Program-made: the position numbers and the translations under genes
Source: Nemertoderma westbladi
Taxonomy: Eukaryota; Animalia; Xenacoelomorpha
Length of the DNA stretch: 63,094 nucleotides
Reading direction: 5' to 3'
Assembly: GCA_032718475.1 (NCBI GenBank)
Contig: JAUCBJ010007905.1
Coordinates: 1-63,094, forward strand
Shown: positions 61,780 to 63,094 of the stretch, in pieces
Layout of the letters: every line of letters begins with the position of its first letter
How positions within the stretch are numbered: the first letter of the stretch is position 1
Notes under the pieces: model-generated
The model's input: the letters and a program-made list of their open reading frames with translations, nothing else
Databases searched by the model: none
What the model was told of the DNA's origin: nothing

Positions 61780-62633
61780 TCAATCACTCTTACTGGGTGT
61801 TGGAACGTCTGTATTCCTAATGACACTGAGGTCGATGAGTCCGTTAAGCATCTTGTAACATTTATCGATATCCTCAGGCGAAACCGATTCATTGTTCCTC
61901 GTGAGAATATCGTTAAAGTAAATAGTCACCTCAGTTTTGAGTCTCTCCAATCGCTGCTGCAGTTTATAATTATCCATCTGGTAAGCGATATTCTCTCTCT
62001 CGACGTAGCGCACTTGGTTCTCGAGATCTACGATTCGGATTTTCGCGTTCCTACAGGTTTTCTCCATCTCCGCATTGCCGTTCTGGAGTTCCTGGATCTC
62101 TTTATCTAAGAGTTTTAGATCTTCGGTCTCGATGTTCCCGCTCCCCGTTTCGTTTTTGGACTGGAGGAGTAGCAACTCGTCGATGGTGACCTTGGCTCGT
62201 TTCATAGCGGTAGAGGCTCGCGGACATCCCGACAGCGAGCGGTGGGTTAGGAAACTACCGTTGTTGTGTCCGGATCCGTCGCAACCGGGCGTCGGACAGC
62301 ATTGCGATTCGCCCTTCTGTAACTTAAGAAACTTTCCGTCCGGGAAGGCGACGTTGCCTCCTTTAGCTGCTATCGGACAGCCGGACGCGCTGCGGTGGCT
62401 GCTGAACTTCCCGGTCGCGTGGCCGCTCCCGCTGCAGCCGATTACCGGGCATCGTTGCGTCTCGTGCTCGAAGTTTGCGGGAGCGGTGAGTACGAAGGTG
62501 CGTTTAGCGGTATCGGAGGCGGCCGTGGACGGGGCTAGGTTCATTGGGAGACCGCCGCGTGTTACGTTGTGATTCAGTGACGAGACTCCCGGACTGGTTT
62601 GCTGGGATGAAACCGTAGGTGATTGGTTTCCGA
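61780..62633 (-). CDS. MYT1: MYT1/MYT1L/ST18-family CCHHC zinc-finger transcription factor, terminal exon; upstream exons probably outside the window
   Basis: Two fingers [26 protein letters not shown] and [26 protein letters not shown] plus C-terminal coiled coil; likely acceptor GTTATAG| at 62634, where composition turns AT-rich. Confidence 0.88.
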
Positions 62634-62769
62634 CTATAACAATTGGATTGACAACTTCTTTACCATTTAAACTAGTCATCATCAAGTCATACGTACTTAC
62701 TACAGTACTACCTGACTACTGTCTGACTGTGAAATACTACAGCTCTACGTACACTGGTGCTTAGATGGG

Positions 62770-63042
62770 TGTTTGGAAAAGGTGGACTGGACACAGAAAA
62801 CATGGACAACGGACAGACCAATCAGAAACGTATTATACAAAGCAGCTTGTAGCAATTGGTCTGTCCACCTTTTTCAAGTTTTCGCCTTCTCACTTACATA
62901 ATTGGGAATACTGGAATAAGATGTGTGTTTGAAAAAGGTGGACTGGACACATGCACAAAAAACATAGATAATAGTCTGACCAATCAGAAACGTATTAAAG
63001 CAATGCTATTTATTAGTGATTGGACTGTCCACCTTTTTCAGG
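62770..63042. repeat. Two tandem ~110-bp MITE-like units
   Basis: Each bounded by GAAAAAGGTGGAC / GTCCACCTTTTTC with internal GACCAATCAGAAACGTATTA. Confidence 0.7.
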
Positions 63043-63094
63043 TTTCAATTATCTATCTATAATGGGCATGCTGGAAGCAGTTGCCTTAAGAATG

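Noticed and set aside
62634-62685. N-terminus of the 301-aa MYT1-like ORF as a true start
   Set aside because: The track's start codon is TTG, the stretch is AT-rich and ends in a plausible acceptor; the family's N-terminal fingers are missing, so it is probably intron.

Overview
AT-rich, transposon-dense invertebrate-type animal genomic DNA, read by eye. Host genes: the last three exons of a rhodopsin-class neuropeptide GPCR (730-3767, +); two tandem paralogous five-exon genes for small secreted proteins with two thyroglobulin type-1 domains (11349-35932 and 39673-54191, +), which the ORF track does not show as genes; an intronless mitochondrial ribosomal protein S7 (57778-58527, +); and the last exon of a MYT1/ST18-family CCHHC zinc-finger gene (61780-62633, -). 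The main feature is a young 18.7-kb BEL/Pao LTR retrotransposon (16330-35051; 1193-bp near-identical LTRs; GGGTC target-site duplication) inside intron 3 of the first thyropin-like gene. Where env would be, it carries a ~4-kb extra gene encoding a DEDDy-type (WRN/EXD/Mut-7-like) 3'-5' exonuclease flanked by Cys/His motifs, preceded by ~1.1 kb of dense, partly covarying hairpins. It has no tRNA-type primer-binding site, but the leader is complementary to its own LTR (possible self-priming), and gag contains a cluster of consensus 5' splice sites. The rest is nested IS3EU-like, piggyBac-like and other MITEs, RTE/RTE-X/CRE/L2-group LINE fragments, tRNA-derived SINEs and minisatellites.
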